A stretch of DNA of 64,000 nucleotides from Escherichia coli (GTDB lineage: Bacteria > Pseudomonadota > Gammaproteobacteria > Enterobacterales > Enterobacteriaceae). The stretch lies in assembly GCF_965641715.1 (NCBI RefSeq), contig NZ_OZ282453.1; one strand, 5' to 3'. Of the stretch, positions 22,607-34,362 are shown piece by piece. How positions within the stretch are numbered: position 1 is the stretch's first letter; each line of letters opens with the position of its first letter. A program made the translations under genes and the position numbers. Below the pieces are notes generated by a model that had not been told where the DNA came from, ran no database searches, and saw only the letters and a list, made by a program, of their open reading frames with translations.

Positions 22607-23182
22607 ATGACGCAACAAATCACCCTCATTAAAGACAAAATTCTCTCCGATAACTATTTCACCCTGCACAACATTACTTACGATCTCACGCGCAAAGATG
22701 GCGAAGTTATCCGCCATAAACGTGAAGTTTACGATCGCGGTAATGGTGCGACGATCCTCCTGTACAACGCGAAGAAAAAGACCGTGGTTCTGATTCGTCA
22801 GTTCCGTGTCGCTACCTGGGTTAATGGCAATGAAAGCGGGCAGCTGATTGAAACCTGCGCCGGGCTGCTGGATAACGACGAACCGGAAGTGTGCATTCGC
22901 AAAGAAGCGATTGAAGAGACGGGCTATGAAGTGGGTGAAGTGCGCAAATTATTTGAACTGTATATGTCGCCAGGCGGTGTGACTGAGCTAATCCACTTTT
23001 TTATCGCCGAATACAGTGACAATCAGCGCGCTAACGCCGGTGGCGGTGTCGAAGATGAAGATATTGAAGTGCTCGAGCTGCCGTTCAGCCAGGCGCTGGA
23101 GATGATCAAAACCGGCGAGATACGTGACGGTAAGACGGTGTTATTGCTTAACTATTTGCAAATGTCACATTTAATGGACTGA
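22607..23182 (+). CDS. nudK: GDP-mannose pyrophosphatase NudK (Nudix)
   Basis: [18 protein letters not shown]..., 191 aa with a Nudix box ([22 protein letters not shown]). Confidence 0.85.
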   Translation: MTQQITLIKDKILSDNYFTLHNITYDLTRKDGEVIRHKREVYDRGNGATILLYNAKKKTVVLIRQFRVATWVNGNESGQLIETCAGLLDNDEPEVCIRKEAIEETGYEVGEVRKLFELYMSPGGVTELIHFFIAEYSDNQRANAGGGVEDEDIEVLELPFSQALEMIKTGEIRDGKTVLLLNYLQMSHLMD

Positions 23183-23307
23183 AAAATAACAATAATATTT
23201 CGTTGTTTATTGTTGGCTCAATCCGACAAATCCGATTGAGCCGCGCTACCTGCGCAACGAAGATACGACTTGTGCTGTTTGTTTGAACTTCTGGGGTCGT
23301 ACCGTCC

Positions 23308-24351
23308 ATGCGCTATCGCATTTTCCTTCTCTTTTTTTTCGCTTTGTTGCCGACGTCTTTGGTGTGGGCGGCACCAGCGCAACGGGCGTTTTCCGACTGG
23401 CAGGTCACCTGTAATAACCAAAACTTCTGCGTGGCGCGTAATACGGGCGATCATAATGGACTGGTGATGACCCTGAGCCGCAGCGCCGGGGCGCATACCG
23501 ATGCCGTTTTACGTATTGAGCGCGGCGGGTTGAAATCGCCGGATGCGTCTGAAGGGGAGATAGCGCCACGGCTGCTGTTAGATGGTGAGCCGTTGGCGTT
23601 AAGTGGTGACAAGTGGCGGATTTCACCATGGTTATTAGTAACCGATGATACGGCAACCATCACCGCGTTTTTGCAGATGATTCAGGAAGGGAAGGCGATC
23701 ACCTTACGCGACGGCAATCAGACCATTTCTCTGAGTGGCTTAAAAGCGGCGTTGTTGTTTATTGATGCTCAGCAAAAGCGCGTTGGCAGTGAAACCGCGT
23801 GGATAAAGAAAGGGGACGAACCGCCGCTCAGCGTACCGCCCGCGCCTGCGCTGAAAGAGGTCGCGGTGGTTAACCCAACGCCGACGCCACTCTCACTCGA
23901 AGAACGCAACGATTTGCTGGATTATGGAAACTGGCGGATGAATGGTCTGCGCTGCTCGCTTGATCCATTGCGTCGTGAGGTGAATGTCACTGCGCTGACT
24001 GATGATAAAGCGCTGATGATGATTAGCTGTGAGGCAGGGGCCTATAACACCATTGATTTGGCATGGATTGTGTCGCGTAAAAAGCCGCTGGCCTCGCGCC
24101 CGGTTCGGTTGCGTTTGCCGTTCAACAACGGTCAGGAGACGAATGAACTGGAACTGATGAACGCAACATTTGATGAGAAATCGCGTGAGCTGGTGACCTT
24201 AGCAAAAGGGCGCGGATTAAGCGATTGTGGCATTCAGGCGCGCTGGCGCTTTGACGGTCAGCGTTTTCGCCTGGTGCGTTACGCCGCAGAACCCACCTGC
24301 GATAACTGGCATGGGCCAGACGCCTGGCCCACGTTGTGGATCACCCGTTAA
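23308..24351 (+). CDS. ypfG: DUF1176 periplasmic protein YpfG
   Basis: 347-aa ORF with a signal peptide (MRYRIFLLFFFALLPTSLVWA). Position matches ypfG. Confidence 0.8.
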   Translation: MRYRIFLLFFFALLPTSLVWAAPAQRAFSDWQVTCNNQNFCVARNTGDHNGLVMTLSRSAGAHTDAVLRIERGGLKSPDASEGEIAPRLLLDGEPLALSGDKWRISPWLLVTDDTATITAFLQMIQEGKAITLRDGNQTISLSGLKAALLFIDAQQKRVGSETAWIKKGDEPPLSVPPAPALKEVAVVNPTPTPLSLEERNDLLDYGNWRMNGLRCSLDPLRREVNVTALTDDKALMMISCEAGAYNTIDLAWIVSRKKPLASRPVRLRLPFNNGQETNELELMNATFDEKSRELVTLAKGRGLSDCGIQARWRFDGQRFRLVRYAAEPTCDNWHGPDAWPTLWITR

Positions 24352-24363
24352 ACAAAATAGCGG

Positions 24364-24473
24364 GACATGTAGGCCGGATAAGACGCTGTAGGCCGGATAA
24401 GACGCGTCAGCGTCGCATCCGGCAATCAGCATCCGGCAATCAGCGTCCGGCAATCAGCATCTGCCGGTCAGTA
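24364..24473. repeat. REP/BIME cluster (two taggccggataagacgc units plus three tandem 14-bp atccggcaatcagc units)
   Basis: Seen directly in the ypfG-tktB intergenic region. Sequence class matches E. coli REP elements. Confidence 0.7.
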
Positions 24474-26477
24474 TCAGGCACCTTTTACTCCCAGCACCTT
24501 ATGCGCTTTTGCCACAATATTCTCGGCGGTAAAGCCAAAGAACGGGAACAGCTTATCCGCCGGAGCAGATTCCCCGTAACCCGTCATCCCGACAATTGCC
24601 CCTTTCAGACCAACATACTTGTACCAGTAATCGGCAATACCTGCTTCCACCGCCACGCGAGCCGCAACGTTAGAAGGCAACACCGACTCCCGATATTCCT
24701 CATCCTGGGCGTCGAAAATATCGGTCGAGGGCAGGGAAACTACGCGAACATTGCGACCCTCTCCCGCTAATTTCTCTGCCGCTTGCAGGGTGATTTCCAT
24801 CTCTGAACCGGTGGCAATCAGAATAATATCTGGCTTACCGCCGCTGTCTTTCAGCACATAACCGCCACGAGCAATCTCTTTAACCTGATCCGGCGTACGT
24901 TCCACCTGGGCCAGATTCTGCCTGGAGAGAATCAGTGCCGTCGGTCCGTTGTGGCGCTCAACCGCCAGCTTCCAGCCCACCGCCGCTTCCACCTGATCGC
25001 ACGGTCGCCAGGTGCTGAAATTTGGCGTTAAGCGCAGGCTGGCCAGTTGCTCAACAGCCTGGTGCGTCGGACCATCTTCGCCCAGACCAATTGAGTCGTG
25101 GGTATAAACCATAATCTGCCGCGCTTTCATCAGTGCCGCCATCCGCGCGGCGTTACGGGCGTATTCAACAAACATCAGGAACGTTGCGGTATACGGCACA
25201 AAGCCGCCGTGGTGCGCAATGCCATTGGCGATAGCGGTCATGCCAAATTCACGCACCCCGTAGTGAATGTAGTTGCCCGCCGGATCTTCCTTCAGCGAAA
25301 CAGAACCTTTCCAGATGGTCAGGTTGCTGGGAGCCAGATCCGCCGAACCGCCGAGCAGCTCCGGTAGCATCGGCCCGTAAGCGTTAAGCGTATTTTGCGA
25401 AGCCTTACGGGTAGCGATTTTCGCCGGATTCGCCTGCAACTCATTGATATATTTCTGAGTCGTTTTCTCCCAGTCCTTCGGTAAACCACCGCTCATCCGA
25501 CGGGTAAACTCTTCTGCCAGTTGCGGATGAGCCTTTTTATAGGCGGCAAACTTCTCATTCCAGCTCTGCTGCGCTTTTTCGCCTTTTTCGCGGGCATCCC
25601 AGGCGTGATAAATATCTTTAGGGATCTCAAATGGCGGATGGTGCCAGCCCAGTTTTTGCCGTGCCAGCGCCACTTCTTCTTCCCCCAGTGGTGCGCCGTG
25701 CGCCTCTTCCTTACCTGCTTTATTCGGCGAACCAAAGCCAATCACCGTACGGCAGATAATCAGCGACGGCTTATCTTTCACGCTTTGCGCTTCAAGGATC
25801 GCTTCCTTCACCGCCTGCGGATCGTGACCGTCGATTTCATGGATTACATGCCAGTGATAGGCTTCAAAACGTTTTGCCGTATCGTCGGTAAACCAGCCTT
25901 CGGTTTCTCCATCAATCGAAATACCGTTGTGATCGTAAAAACCAATCAGCTTGCCCAGTCCCAGCGTGCCCGCCAGCGAACAGACTTCGTGGGAAATACC
26001 TTCCATCAGGCAGCCGTCGCCCATAAACACATAGGTGAAGTGATCGACAATTTCATGATCCGGCTGGTTAAACTGCGCCGCCAGTGTACGCTCTGCTATC
26101 GCCAGTCCGACGGCGTTCGCCAAACCTTGTCCAAGTGGACCGGTGGTGGTTTCAACACCGGGCGTATAGCCGATTTCCGGGTGGCCAGGGGTTTTCGAAT
26201 GCAACTGACGGAAGTTCTTCAGTTCTTCCAGCGGCAGGTCGTAACCGGTCAGATGTAGCAAACTGTAGAGCAGCATCGACGCGTGACCGTTGGAAAGAAT
26301 AAAGCGGTCGCGATCATACCAGGTTGGGTCGGTAGGGTTATGTTTAAGAAAATCGTTCCACAGCACTTCTGCAATATCAGCCATGCCCATCGGCGCGCCG
26401 GGATGACCAGAATTGGCTTTTTGTACCGCATCCATACTGAGTGCGCGAATCGCATTGGCAAGGTCTTTTCGGGACAT
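24474..26477 (-). CDS. tktB: Transketolase 2
   Basis: ORF 24474..26540. Start [27 protein letters not shown] gives 667 aa. TPP-binding motifs present. Confidence 0.9.
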   Translation of the reverse strand: MSRKDLANAIRALSMDAVQKANSGHPGAPMGMADIAEVLWNDFLKHNPTDPTWYDRDRFILSNGHASMLLYSLLHLTGYDLPLEELKNFRQLHSKTPGHPEIGYTPGVETTTGPLGQGLANAVGLAIAERTLAAQFNQPDHEIVDHFTYVFMGDGCLMEGISHEVCSLAGTLGLGKLIGFYDHNGISIDGETEGWFTDDTAKRFEAYHWHVIHEIDGHDPQAVKEAILEAQSVKDKPSLIICRTVIGFGSPNKAGKEEAHGAPLGEEEVALARQKLGWHHPPFEIPKDIYHAWDAREKGEKAQQSWNEKFAAYKKAHPQLAEEFTRRMSGGLPKDWEKTTQKYINELQANPAKIATRKASQNTLNAYGPMLPELLGGSADLAPSNLTIWKGSVSLKEDPAGNYIHYGVREFGMTAIANGIAHHGGFVPYTATFLMFVEYARNAARMAALMKARQIMVYTHDSIGLGEDGPTHQAVEQLASLRLTPNFSTWRPCDQVEAAVGWKLAVERHNGPTALILSRQNLAQVERTPDQVKEIARGGYVLKDSGGKPDIILIATGSEMEITLQAAEKLAGEGRNVRVVSLPSTDIFDAQDEEYRESVLPSNVAARVAVEAGIADYWYKYVGLKGAIVGMTGYGESAPADKLFPFFGFTAENIVAKAHKVLGVKGA

Positions 26478-26496
26478 ATAACACTCCGTGGCTGGT

Positions 26497-27447
26497 TTAT
26501 AGTTTGGCGGCAAGAAGATCTTCCAGTTTGCGTTGATCAACGGCGAACAGACGAATGCCTTCAGACAGTTTTTCTACCGCCATCGCATCCTGATTGTGCA
26601 CCCAACGGAACTCCGCTTCGCTCATGGGAGCTGGGCGTGGGAACGTCTGAGAAGGTGGGATTAATTTACGTACCACTGGCGAAACTTTTTCCTGCAGCTC
26701 CTTCAGCAAATTCGGTGCGATAGTCAGTCGATCGCAGCCGGTTAAGGCGAGGATTTGTTCGGTGCGACGGAAGCTCGCGCCCATCACAATGGTTTCATAG
26801 TGGTGTTGCTTATAGTAGTCGTAGATATTGCGCACCGATTTAACGCCCGGATCTTCTTCCACCACATACGGGTCCATCGGCTTGCGTGCCTGATACCAGT
26901 CATAAATACGCCCGACAAACGGCGAAATCAGAAAAACGCCTGCTTCTGCACAGGCCCGTGCCTGGGCAAAAGAAAACAGCAGCGTCAGGTTGCAGTTAAT
27001 ACCTTCTTTTTCCAGCTCTTCTGCCGCGCGAATTCCTTCCCAGGTCGAAGCCAGCTTGATCAGAATGCGTGATTTCTCAACGCCTTGTTGCTGATACAAG
27101 TCCACCAGATGGCGCGCCTTCTCAATACTCTTTTCTTTATCAAAAGAGAGGCGTGCATCAACTTCTGTTGACACGCGACCGGGTACGATTTTGAGGATTT
27201 CAGCACCGAAATTGACCGCCAGTTTGTCACACGCTGCGACCACCTGTTGTTCCTGGGTCTTGCCATTTTTTTTACCCCAGGCGATAGCATCGTCTATTAA
27301 ATGCTCATATTGTGATAATCCGGCAGCCTTGAGCAACAGCGAAGGATTGGTGGTGGCATCCTGGGGATGATAATGGCGAATGGACTCAATATCGCCGCTG
27401 TCTGCCACGACAGTGGTGAACTGTTTGATGCCGTCTAACTCGTTCAT
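26497..27447 (-). CDS. talA: Transaldolase A
   Basis: 316-aa [25 protein letters not shown]... Immediately upstream of tktB (talA-tktB operon). Confidence 0.9.
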   Translation of the reverse strand: MNELDGIKQFTTVVADSGDIESIRHYHPQDATTNPSLLLKAAGLSQYEHLIDDAIAWGKKNGKTQEQQVVAACDKLAVNFGAEILKIVPGRVSTEVDARLSFDKEKSIEKARHLVDLYQQQGVEKSRILIKLASTWEGIRAAEELEKEGINCNLTLLFSFAQARACAEAGVFLISPFVGRIYDWYQARKPMDPYVVEEDPGVKSVRNIYDYYKQHHYETIVMGASFRRTEQILALTGCDRLTIAPNLLKELQEKVSPVVRKLIPPSQTFPRPAPMSEAEFRWVHNQDAMAVEKLSEGIRLFAVDQRKLEDLLAAKL

Positions 27448-27735
27448 AGGAAATACTCCTTGAAAAGTAAAGTGTTAGATGAGTGCGTTAATTCACACTT
27501 CTGAGAAATTTCGCTAAACGCATCAAAAAAGCATAGCAGACAGGCATGGTATTGCTGGATTAAGCAGGTAACATCAGTGTTATAGGATTATTACCAAAAC
27601 ATTATATTAATGGTGAGAGTTTGGACTTGCTCAAAGTCTGTAGACTCCGGCAAGGTAATAATGTGCGCCACGTTGTGGGCAGGGGCTGTTGCCCACACAC
27701 TTTATTTGTGAACGTTACGTGAAAGGAACAACCAA

Positions 27736-30015
27736 ATGGATGACCAGTTAAAACAAAGTGCACTTGATTTCCATGAATTTCCAGTTCCAGGGAAAATCCA
27801 GGTTTCTCCAACCAAGCCTCTGGCAACGCAGCGCGATCTGGCGCTGGCCTACTCACCAGGCGTTGCCGCACCTTGTCTTGAAATCGAAAAAGACCCGTTA
27901 AAAGCCTACAAATATACCGCGCGCGGTAACCTGGTGGCGGTGATCTCTAACGGTACGGCGGTGCTGGGGTTAGGCAACATTGGCGCGCTGGCAGGCAAAC
28001 CGGTGATGGAAGGCAAGGGCGTTCTGTTTAAGAAATTCGCCGGGATTGATGTATTTGACATTGAAGTTGACGAACTCGACCCGGACAAATTTATTGAAGT
28101 TGTCGCTGCGCTCGAACCGACCTTCGGCGGAATCAACCTCGAAGACATTAAAGCGCCAGAATGTTTCTATATTGAACAGAAACTGCGCGAGCGGATGAAT
28201 ATTCCGGTATTCCACGACGATCAGCACGGCACGGCAATCATCAGCACTGCCGCCATCCTCAACGGCTTGCGCGTGGTGGAGAAAAACATCTCCGACGTGC
28301 GGATGGTGGTTTCCGGCGCGGGTGCCGCAGCAATCGCCTGTATGAACCTGCTGGTAGCGCTGGGTCTGCAAAAACATAACATCGTGGTTTGCGATTCAAA
28401 AGGCGTTATCTATCAGGGCCGTGAGCTAAACATGGCGGAAACCAAAGCCGCATATGCGGTGGTGGATGACGGCAAACGTACCCTAGATGATGTGATTGAA
28501 GGCGCGGATATTTTCCTCGGCTGTTCCGGCCCGAAAGTGCTGACCCAGGAAATGGTGAAGAAAATGGCTCGTGCGCCAATGATCCTGGCGCTGGCGAACC
28601 CGGAACCGGAAATTCTGCCGCCGCTGGCGAAAGAAGTGCGTCCGGATGCCATCATTTGCACCGGTCGTTCTGACTACCCGAACCAGGTGAACAACGTCCT
28701 TTGCTTCCCGTTTATCTTCCGTGGCGCGCTGGACGTTGGCGCAACGGCTATCAATGAAGAGATGAAACTGGCGGCGGTACGCGCGATTGCAGAACTGGCC
28801 CATGCGGAACAGAGCGAAGTGGTGGCTTCAGCGTATGGCGATCAGGATCTGAGCTTTGGTCCGGAATACATCATTCCAAAACCGTTTGATCCGCGCTTGA
28901 TCGTTAAGATCGCTCCTGCGGTCGCGAAAGCGGCGATGGAGTCGGGCGTGGCGACGCGTCCGATTGCTGATTTCGACGTCTACATCGACAAGCTGACTGA
29001 GTTCGTTTACAAAACCAACCTGTTTATGAAGCCGATTTTCTCCCAGGCTCGCAAAGCGCCGAAGCGCGTAGTTCTGCCGGAAGGGGAAGAGGCGCGCGTT
29101 CTGCATGCCACTCAGGAACTGGTAACGCTGGGACTGGCGAAACCGATCCTTATCGGTCGTCCGAACGTGATCGAAATGCGCATTCAGAAACTGGGCTTGC
29201 AGATCAAATCGGGCGTTGATTTTGAGATCGTCAATAACGAATCCGATCCGCGCTTTAAAGAGTACTGGACCGAATACTTCCAGATCATGAAGCGTCGCGG
29301 TGTCACTCAGGAACAGGCGCAGCGTGCGCTGATCAGTAACCCGACAGTGATCGGCGCGATCATGGTTCAGCGTGGGGAAGCCGATGCAATGATCTGCGGT
29401 ACGGTGGGCGATTATCATGAACATTTTAGCGTGGTGAAAAATGTCTTTGGTTATCGCGATGGCGTTCACACCGCAGGTGCAATGAACGCGCTGCTGCTGC
29501 CGAGTGGTAACACCTTTATTGCCGATACATATGTTAATGATGAACCGGATGCAGAAGAGCTGGCGGAGATCACCTTGATGGCGGCAGAAACTGTCCGTCG
29601 TTTTGGTATTGAGCCGCGCGTTGCTCTGTTGTCGCACTCCAACTTTGGTTCTTCTGACTGCCCGTCGTCGAGCAAAATGCGTCAGGCGCTGGAACTGGTC
29701 AGGGAACGTGCGCCAGAACTGATGATTGATGGTGAAATGCACGGCGATGCAGCGCTGGTGGAAGCGATTCGCAACGACCGTATGCCGGACAGCCCTTTGA
29801 AAGGTTCCGCCAATATTCTGGTAATGCCAAACATGGAAGCTGCCCGCATTAGTTACAACTTACTGCGCGTTTCCAGCTCGGAAGGTGTGACTGTCGGTCC
29901 GGTGCTGATGGGCGTGGCGAAACCGGTTCACGTGTTAACGCCGATCGCATCGGTACGTCGTATCGTCAACATGGTGGCGCTGGCCGTGGTTGAAGCGCAA
30001 ACCCAACCGCTGTAA
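27736..30015 (+). CDS. maeB: NADP-dependent malic enzyme (malic enzyme domain fused to a PTA-like domain)
   Basis: 759-aa [32 protein letters not shown]... Matches MaeB. Confidence 0.9.
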   Translation: MDDQLKQSALDFHEFPVPGKIQVSPTKPLATQRDLALAYSPGVAAPCLEIEKDPLKAYKYTARGNLVAVISNGTAVLGLGNIGALAGKPVMEGKGVLFKKFAGIDVFDIEVDELDPDKFIEVVAALEPTFGGINLEDIKAPECFYIEQKLRERMNIPVFHDDQHGTAIISTAAILNGLRVVEKNISDVRMVVSGAGAAAIACMNLLVALGLQKHNIVVCDSKGVIYQGRELNMAETKAAYAVVDDGKRTLDDVIEGADIFLGCSGPKVLTQEMVKKMARAPMILALANPEPEILPPLAKEVRPDAIICTGRSDYPNQVNNVLCFPFIFRGALDVGATAINEEMKLAAVRAIAELAHAEQSEVVASAYGDQDLSFGPEYIIPKPFDPRLIVKIAPAVAKAAMESGVATRPIADFDVYIDKLTEFVYKTNLFMKPIFSQARKAPKRVVLPEGEEARVLHATQELVTLGLAKPILIGRPNVIEMRIQKLGLQIKSGVDFEIVNNESDPRFKEYWTEYFQIMKRRGVTQEQAQRALISNPTVIGAIMVQRGEADAMICGTVGDYHEHFSVVKNVFGYRDGVHTAGAMNALLLPSGNTFIADTYVNDEPDAEELAEITLMAAETVRRFGIEPRVALLSHSNFGSSDCPSSSKMRQALELVRERAPELMIDGEMHGDAALVEAIRNDRMPDSPLKGSANILVMPNMEAARISYNLLRVSSSEGVTVGPVLMGVAKPVHVLTPIASVRRIVNMVALAVVEAQTQPL

Positions 30016-30032
30016 TTCTTTTTTAACTCTCA

Positions 30033-30068
30033 CGCTTACCCTGAATATTCAGGGTAAGCGGTTTGGCT
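30033..30068 (+). terminator. maeB rho-independent terminator
   Basis: Perfect palindrome CGCTTACCCTGAATATTCAGGGTAAGCG followed by gtttgg, 18 bp after the maeB stop. Confidence 0.55.
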
Positions 30069-30308
30069 GCAATATATTAGTAAAGCTTATTACTGAGTTT
30101 GCGAATAATAAAAAAAAGCAGTCTATATAATATCTCGATATTATTTTATTTATATTCATGCGTTGCATATGAAAGTTTATGCACCACAGCGAATATCTCT
30201 CCATTCTTAGTGATCTACCTCACCTTTTAAACGCGCTTGCCGAATTTTGTTATTTACTCTGACGAAAAATTGTCACGATACACGAAAGTTTTTCACAGGC
30301 GGCGACTC

Positions 30309-30644
30309 ATGGATAAAGAACGCATCATTCAGGAATTTGTGCCCGGTAAACAAGTCACACTGGCGCATCTCATCGCGCATCCCGGCGAGGAACTGGCGAA
30401 GAAAATCGGCGTTCCGGATGCGGGCGCAATTGGCATTATGACGCTAACTCCTGGCGAAACGGCGATGATCGCCGGTGATTTAGCATTGAAAGCCGCTGAT
30501 GTGCATATCGGTTTTCTCGACCGTTTTAGCGGCGCGCTGGTGATTTATGGCTCGGTGGGTGCAGTAGAAGAAGCGTTATCACAAACCGTCAGTGGTTTAG
30601 GTCGCTTATTAAATTATACGCTTTGTGAAATGACCAAAAGTTAA
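30309..30644 (+). CDS. eutS: Ethanolamine-utilisation microcompartment shell protein EutS
   Basis: ORF 30237..30644. Start [14 protein letters not shown] gives 111 aa. BMC shell domain. First gene of the eut operon. Confidence 0.85.
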
Positions 30645-30656
30645 TACGAGGCATTC

Positions 30657-31136
30657 ATGAAACGAATTGCGTTTGTGGGTACCGTCGGGGCAGGGAAAAC
30701 AACGTTATTTAATGCGTTGCAGGGGAATTATACCCTCGCCAGAAAAACACAGGCCGTGGAATTTAATGATAAGGGCGATATTGATACGCCGGGTGAATAT
30801 TTTAGCCATCCCCGCTGGTATCACGCCTTAATTACCACGCTACAGGATGTGGACATGCTGATCTATGTCCACGGCGCGAATGACCCGGAAAGTCGGTTGC
30901 CTGCCGGGTTGCTGGATATTGGCGTCAGCAAACGGCAAATCGCCGTCATCAGTAAAACGGACATGCCAGATGCTGACGTCGCCGCAACGCGAAAGTTATT
31001 GCTTGAGACTGGCTTCGAAGAGCCAATTTTCGAGCTAAACAGCCACGACCCGCAAAGCGTGCAGCAACTGGTGGATTATCTGGCATCTCTCACCAAACAG
31101 GAGGAAGCAGGTGAAAAAACTCATCACAGCGAATGA
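30657..31136 (+). CDS. eutP: Ethanolamine-utilisation GTPase/acetate-kinase-like protein EutP
   Basis: 159-aa ORF with a P-loop (GTVGAGKTT). Confidence 0.9.
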   Translation: MKRIAFVGTVGAGKTTLFNALQGNYTLARKTQAVEFNDKGDIDTPGEYFSHPRWYHALITTLQDVDMLIYVHGANDPESRLPAGLLDIGVSKRQIAVISKTDMPDADVAATRKLLLETGFEEPIFELNSHDPQSVQQLVDYLASLTKQEEAGEKTHHSE

Positions 31137-31812
31137 TATTCGTGAAGCACACGCGCGCGGCGAACAGGCAATGTCCGTGGTTCTGCGCGCCAGCATTATT
31201 ACCCCGGAAGCCCGTGAAGTGGCGGATCTACTGGGTTTTACCATCACCGAATGTGATGAATCGATCCCGGTAACGGCGTCCGTGCCCGCCAGCGTGCCAG
31301 CCGATAAAACCGAAAGTCAGCGCATCCGCGAAACCATCATTGCCCAGCTGCCGGAAGGCCAGTTTACCGAAAGCCTGGTCGCGCAGTTGATGGAAAAAGT
31401 GATGAAGGAAAAACAGTCGCTGGAGCAGGGTGCAATGCAGCCGAGCTTCAAATCGGTGACCGGCAAAGGCGGCATCAAAGTGATTGATGGCAGCAGCGTC
31501 AAGTTTGGTCGTTTCGACGGCGCAGAGCCGCATTGCGTGGGCTTAACTGACCTTGTGACCGGAGACGACGGCAGCAGCATGGCCGCTGGTTTTATGCAGT
31601 GGGAGAACGCATTCTTCCCGTGGCCCCTGAACTACGACGAAATCGACATGGTGCTGGAAGGGGAGCTGCATGTTCGCCACGCAGGCGAAACCATGATCGC
31701 TAAAGCAGGCGACGTGATGTTTATCCCGAAAGGCTCCAGCATCGAATTTGGTACGACATCCAGCGTGAAATTCCTGTATGTCGCCTGGCCGGCTAACTGG
31801 CAATCCCTATGA
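31111..31812 (+). CDS. eutQ: Ethanolamine-utilisation cupin-domain protein EutQ
   Basis: 233-aa ORF overlapping the eutP end by 26 bp. Confidence 0.9.
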   Translation: MKKLITANDIREAHARGEQAMSVVLRASIITPEAREVADLLGFTITECDESIPVTASVPASVPADKTESQRIRETIIAQLPEGQFTESLVAQLMEKVMKEKQSLEQGAMQPSFKSVTGKGGIKVIDGSSVKFGRFDGAEPHCVGLTDLVTGDDGSSMAAGFMQWENAFFPWPLNYDEIDMVLEGELHVRHAGETMIAKAGDVMFIPKGSSIEFGTTSSVKFLYVAWPANWQSL

Positions 31813-32612
31813 AAGATTTCATCACCGAAGCATGGCTAAGAGCGAACCATACGCTCAGCGAAGGCGCAGAGATCCATCTCCCTGCGGACAGTCGCCTGAC
31901 GCCCTCTGCCCGGGAGTTGCTGGAAAGCCGCCATCTGCGCATCAAGTTTATTGACGAGCAGGGCCGCCTGTTTGTTGACGATGAACAGCAGCAGCCGCAG
32001 CCCGTTCATGGGCTGACCAGTAGCGATGAACATCCGCAGGCGTGCTGCGAACTGTGCCGCCAGCCGGTGGCAAAAAAGCCGGACACGCTGACTCACCTGT
32101 CGGCGGAAAAAATGGTCGCCAAAAGCGATCCGCGTCTGGGTTTTCGCGCGGTTCTCGACAGCACCATTGCGCTGGCAGTGTGGCTGCAAATTGAACTGGC
32201 GGAACCGTGGCAGCCGTGGCTTGCGGATATCCGTTCGCGTCTTGGCAACATTATGCGTGCCGATGCGCTGGGGGAACCGCTGGGCGATCAAGCGATTGTC
32301 GGGCTTTCTGACGAAGATCTGCATCGGCTTTCTCATCAGCCGCTGCGCTATCTCGGCCACGATCATCTGGTGCCGGAAGCCAGCCACGGGCGCGATGCTG
32401 CGTTGCTCAATCTGCTACGCACCAAAGTGCGGGAAACCGAAACCGTAGCGGCGCAGGTGTTTATCACCCGCAGCTTTGAAGTATTACGCCCGGACATCTT
32501 GCAGGCGCTGAACCGCCTTTCGAGCACGGTCTACGTGATGATGATCCTGAGCGTAACGAAGCCGCCGCTAACGGTGAAGCAGATCCAACAACGACTGGGG
32601 GAAACGCAATGA
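31809..32612 (+). CDS. eutT: Ethanolamine-utilisation cob(I)alamin adenosyltransferase EutT
   Basis: 267-aa ORF. 4-bp overlap with eutQ. Confidence 0.9.
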   Translation: MKDFITEAWLRANHTLSEGAEIHLPADSRLTPSARELLESRHLRIKFIDEQGRLFVDDEQQQPQPVHGLTSSDEHPQACCELCRQPVAKKPDTLTHLSAEKMVAKSDPRLGFRAVLDSTIALAVWLQIELAEPWQPWLADIRSRLGNIMRADALGEPLGDQAIVGLSDEDLHRLSHQPLRYLGHDHLVPEASHGRDAALLNLLRTKVRETETVAAQVFITRSFEVLRPDILQALNRLSSTVYVMMILSVTKPPLTVKQIQQRLGETQ

Positions 32613-33625
32613 TTATTGAACGTTGTCGTGAACTGGCGTTGCGAGCGCCCGCCAGGGTGGTTTTTCCGGATGCGTTAGATCAACGTGTGCTGAAAGCTGC
32701 GCAATATTTACATCAACAAGGTCTGGCAACGCCCATTCTGGTCGCCAATCCGTTTGAACTTCGTCAGTTTGCGCTCAGTCACGGCGTGGCGATGGACGGG
32801 CTACAGGTGATTGATCCGCATGGCAACCTCGCAATGCGGGAAGAATTTGCTCATCGCTGGCTGGCCCGCGCGGGCGAAAAAACGCCGCCGGATGCGCTGG
32901 AAAAACTTACCGATCCGCTGATGTTCGCCGCCGCAATGGTCAGCGCCGGTAAAGCGGATGTCTGTATCGCGGGCAACCTCTCTTCCACGGCGAATGTGCT
33001 GCGTGCCGGATTACGCATTATCGGCTTGCAGCCAGGCTGTAAAACGCTCTCTTCCATTTTCCTGATGCTGCCACAGTACAGCGGTCCGGCGTTGGGTTTT
33101 GCGGATTGCAGCGTGGTGCCACAGCCGACGGCGGCGCAGCTGGCGGATATCGCACTTGCCAGCGCTGAAACCTGGCGCACCATCACCGGAGAAGAGCCGC
33201 GCGTGGCGATGTTGTCGTTTTCCAGCAACGGTAGCGCCCGTCACCCCTGCGTTGCCAATGTCCAGCAGGCGACAGAAATCGTCCGTGAGCGCGCACCAAA
33301 GCTGGTAGTCGATGGCGAGTTGCAGTTTGACGCCGCCTTCGTGCCGGAAGTGGCGGCGCAAAAAGCGCCTGCCAGCCCGCTACAGGGCAAGGCCAATGTG
33401 ATGGTTTTTCCGTCGCTGGAAGCCGGAAATATTGGCTACAAAATCGCACAACGACTCGGCGGATATCGTGCCGTCGGGCCATTGATACAAGGACTTGCCG
33501 CGCCGATGCACGATCTCTCTCGTGGTTGTAGCGTGCAGGAAATTATCGAGCTGGCGCTGGTGGCAGCTGTGCCGCGTCAGACAGAAATGAACCGCGAAAG
33601 CAGTTTACAAACACTGGTTGAATGA
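32609..33625 (+). CDS. eutD: Ethanolamine-utilisation phosphotransacetylase EutD (EutI)
   Basis: 338-aa PTA-family ORF. 4-bp overlap with eutT. Confidence 0.9.
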   Translation: MIIERCRELALRAPARVVFPDALDQRVLKAAQYLHQQGLATPILVANPFELRQFALSHGVAMDGLQVIDPHGNLAMREEFAHRWLARAGEKTPPDALEKLTDPLMFAAAMVSAGKADVCIAGNLSSTANVLRAGLRIIGLQPGCKTLSSIFLMLPQYSGPALGFADCSVVPQPTAAQLADIALASAETWRTITGEEPRVAMLSFSSNGSARHPCVANVQQATEIVRERAPKLVVDGELQFDAAFVPEVAAQKAPASPLQGKANVMVFPSLEAGNIGYKIAQRLGGYRAVGPLIQGLAAPMHDLSRGCSVQEIIELALVAAVPRQTEMNRESSLQTLVE

Positions 33626-33663
33626 ACGGTCCCGTTCTGGACCCTGATAAAGAGGAAAGCACA

Positions 33664-33957
33664 ATGGAAGCATTAGGAATGATCGAAACCCGGGGCCTGG
33701 TTGCACTGATTGAGGCTTCTGACGCGATGGTGAAAGCTGCGCGCGTCAAGCTGGTTGGTGTTAAGCAGATTGGCGGCGGCCTGTGTACTGCCATGGTTCG
33801 TGGTGATGTTGCAGCCTGTAAAGCGGCGACCGATGCCGGTGCCGCAGCGGCACAGCGTATCGGCGAGCTGGTATCTGTACACGTTATCCCGCGTCCGCAC
33901 GGCGACCTGGAAGAAGTGTTCCCGATCGGCCTGAAAGGCGATAGCAGCAACCTGTAA
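33664..33957 (+). CDS. eutM: BMC-H shell protein EutM
   Basis: [28 protein letters not shown]..., 97 aa, canonical BMC hexamer domain. Confidence 0.9.
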   Translation: MEALGMIETRGLVALIEASDAMVKAARVKLVGVKQIGGGLCTAMVRGDVAACKAATDAGAAAAQRIGELVSVHVIPRPHGDLEEVFPIGLKGDSSNL

Positions 33958-34063
33958 TCACCCTGTGTGACGTCGATTCGGGCGTCACGCTCTCTCATTT
34001 TTCATTTTACCTTCCGCGGAGGGTAGGGGGAGCTTTTACCTGAAATACGCCACGGAGGCGGGT

Positions 34064-34351
34064 ATGAAACTGGCAGTCGTCACTGGACAAATTGTTTGTA
34101 CCGTACGCCATCACGGACTGGCGCATGACAAATTGCTGATGGTGGAAATGATTGATCCACAAGGTAATCCTGACGGGCAATGTGCCGTCGCCATCGACAA
34201 TATTGGCGCGGGAACCGGGGAGTGGGTGTTGCTGGTGAGTGGCAGTTCCGCCCGCCAGGCGCATAAAAGCGAAACGTCACCGGTCGATCTGTGCGTGATT
34301 GGCATCGTCGATGAGGTGGTGTCTGGCGGTCAGGTAATTTTCCACAAATAA
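34064..34351 (+). CDS. eutN: BMC vertex (pentamer) protein EutN
   Basis: 95-aa ORF, MKLAVVTGQIVCTVRHHGLAHDKLLMVEMI..., EutN/CcmL family. Confidence 0.9.
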   Translation: MKLAVVTGQIVCTVRHHGLAHDKLLMVEMIDPQGNPDGQCAVAIDNIGAGTGEWVLLVSGSSARQAHKSETSPVDLCVIGIVDEVVSGGQVIFHK

Positions 34352-34362
34352 GGCAGAACATC

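Noticed and set aside
28828-29742. 304-aa minus-strand ORF inside maeB, and similar antisense or out-of-frame ORFs inside tmcA (10356..11054), eutE (34924..35759), eutH (38448..39035), yfeW/murP and the tape-measure-like gene (43615..45697 plus-strand set)
   Set aside because: All lie wholly within strongly supported genes on the opposite strand or in another frame. Their compositions are Arg/Ala/Ser-rich, typical of frame shadows.
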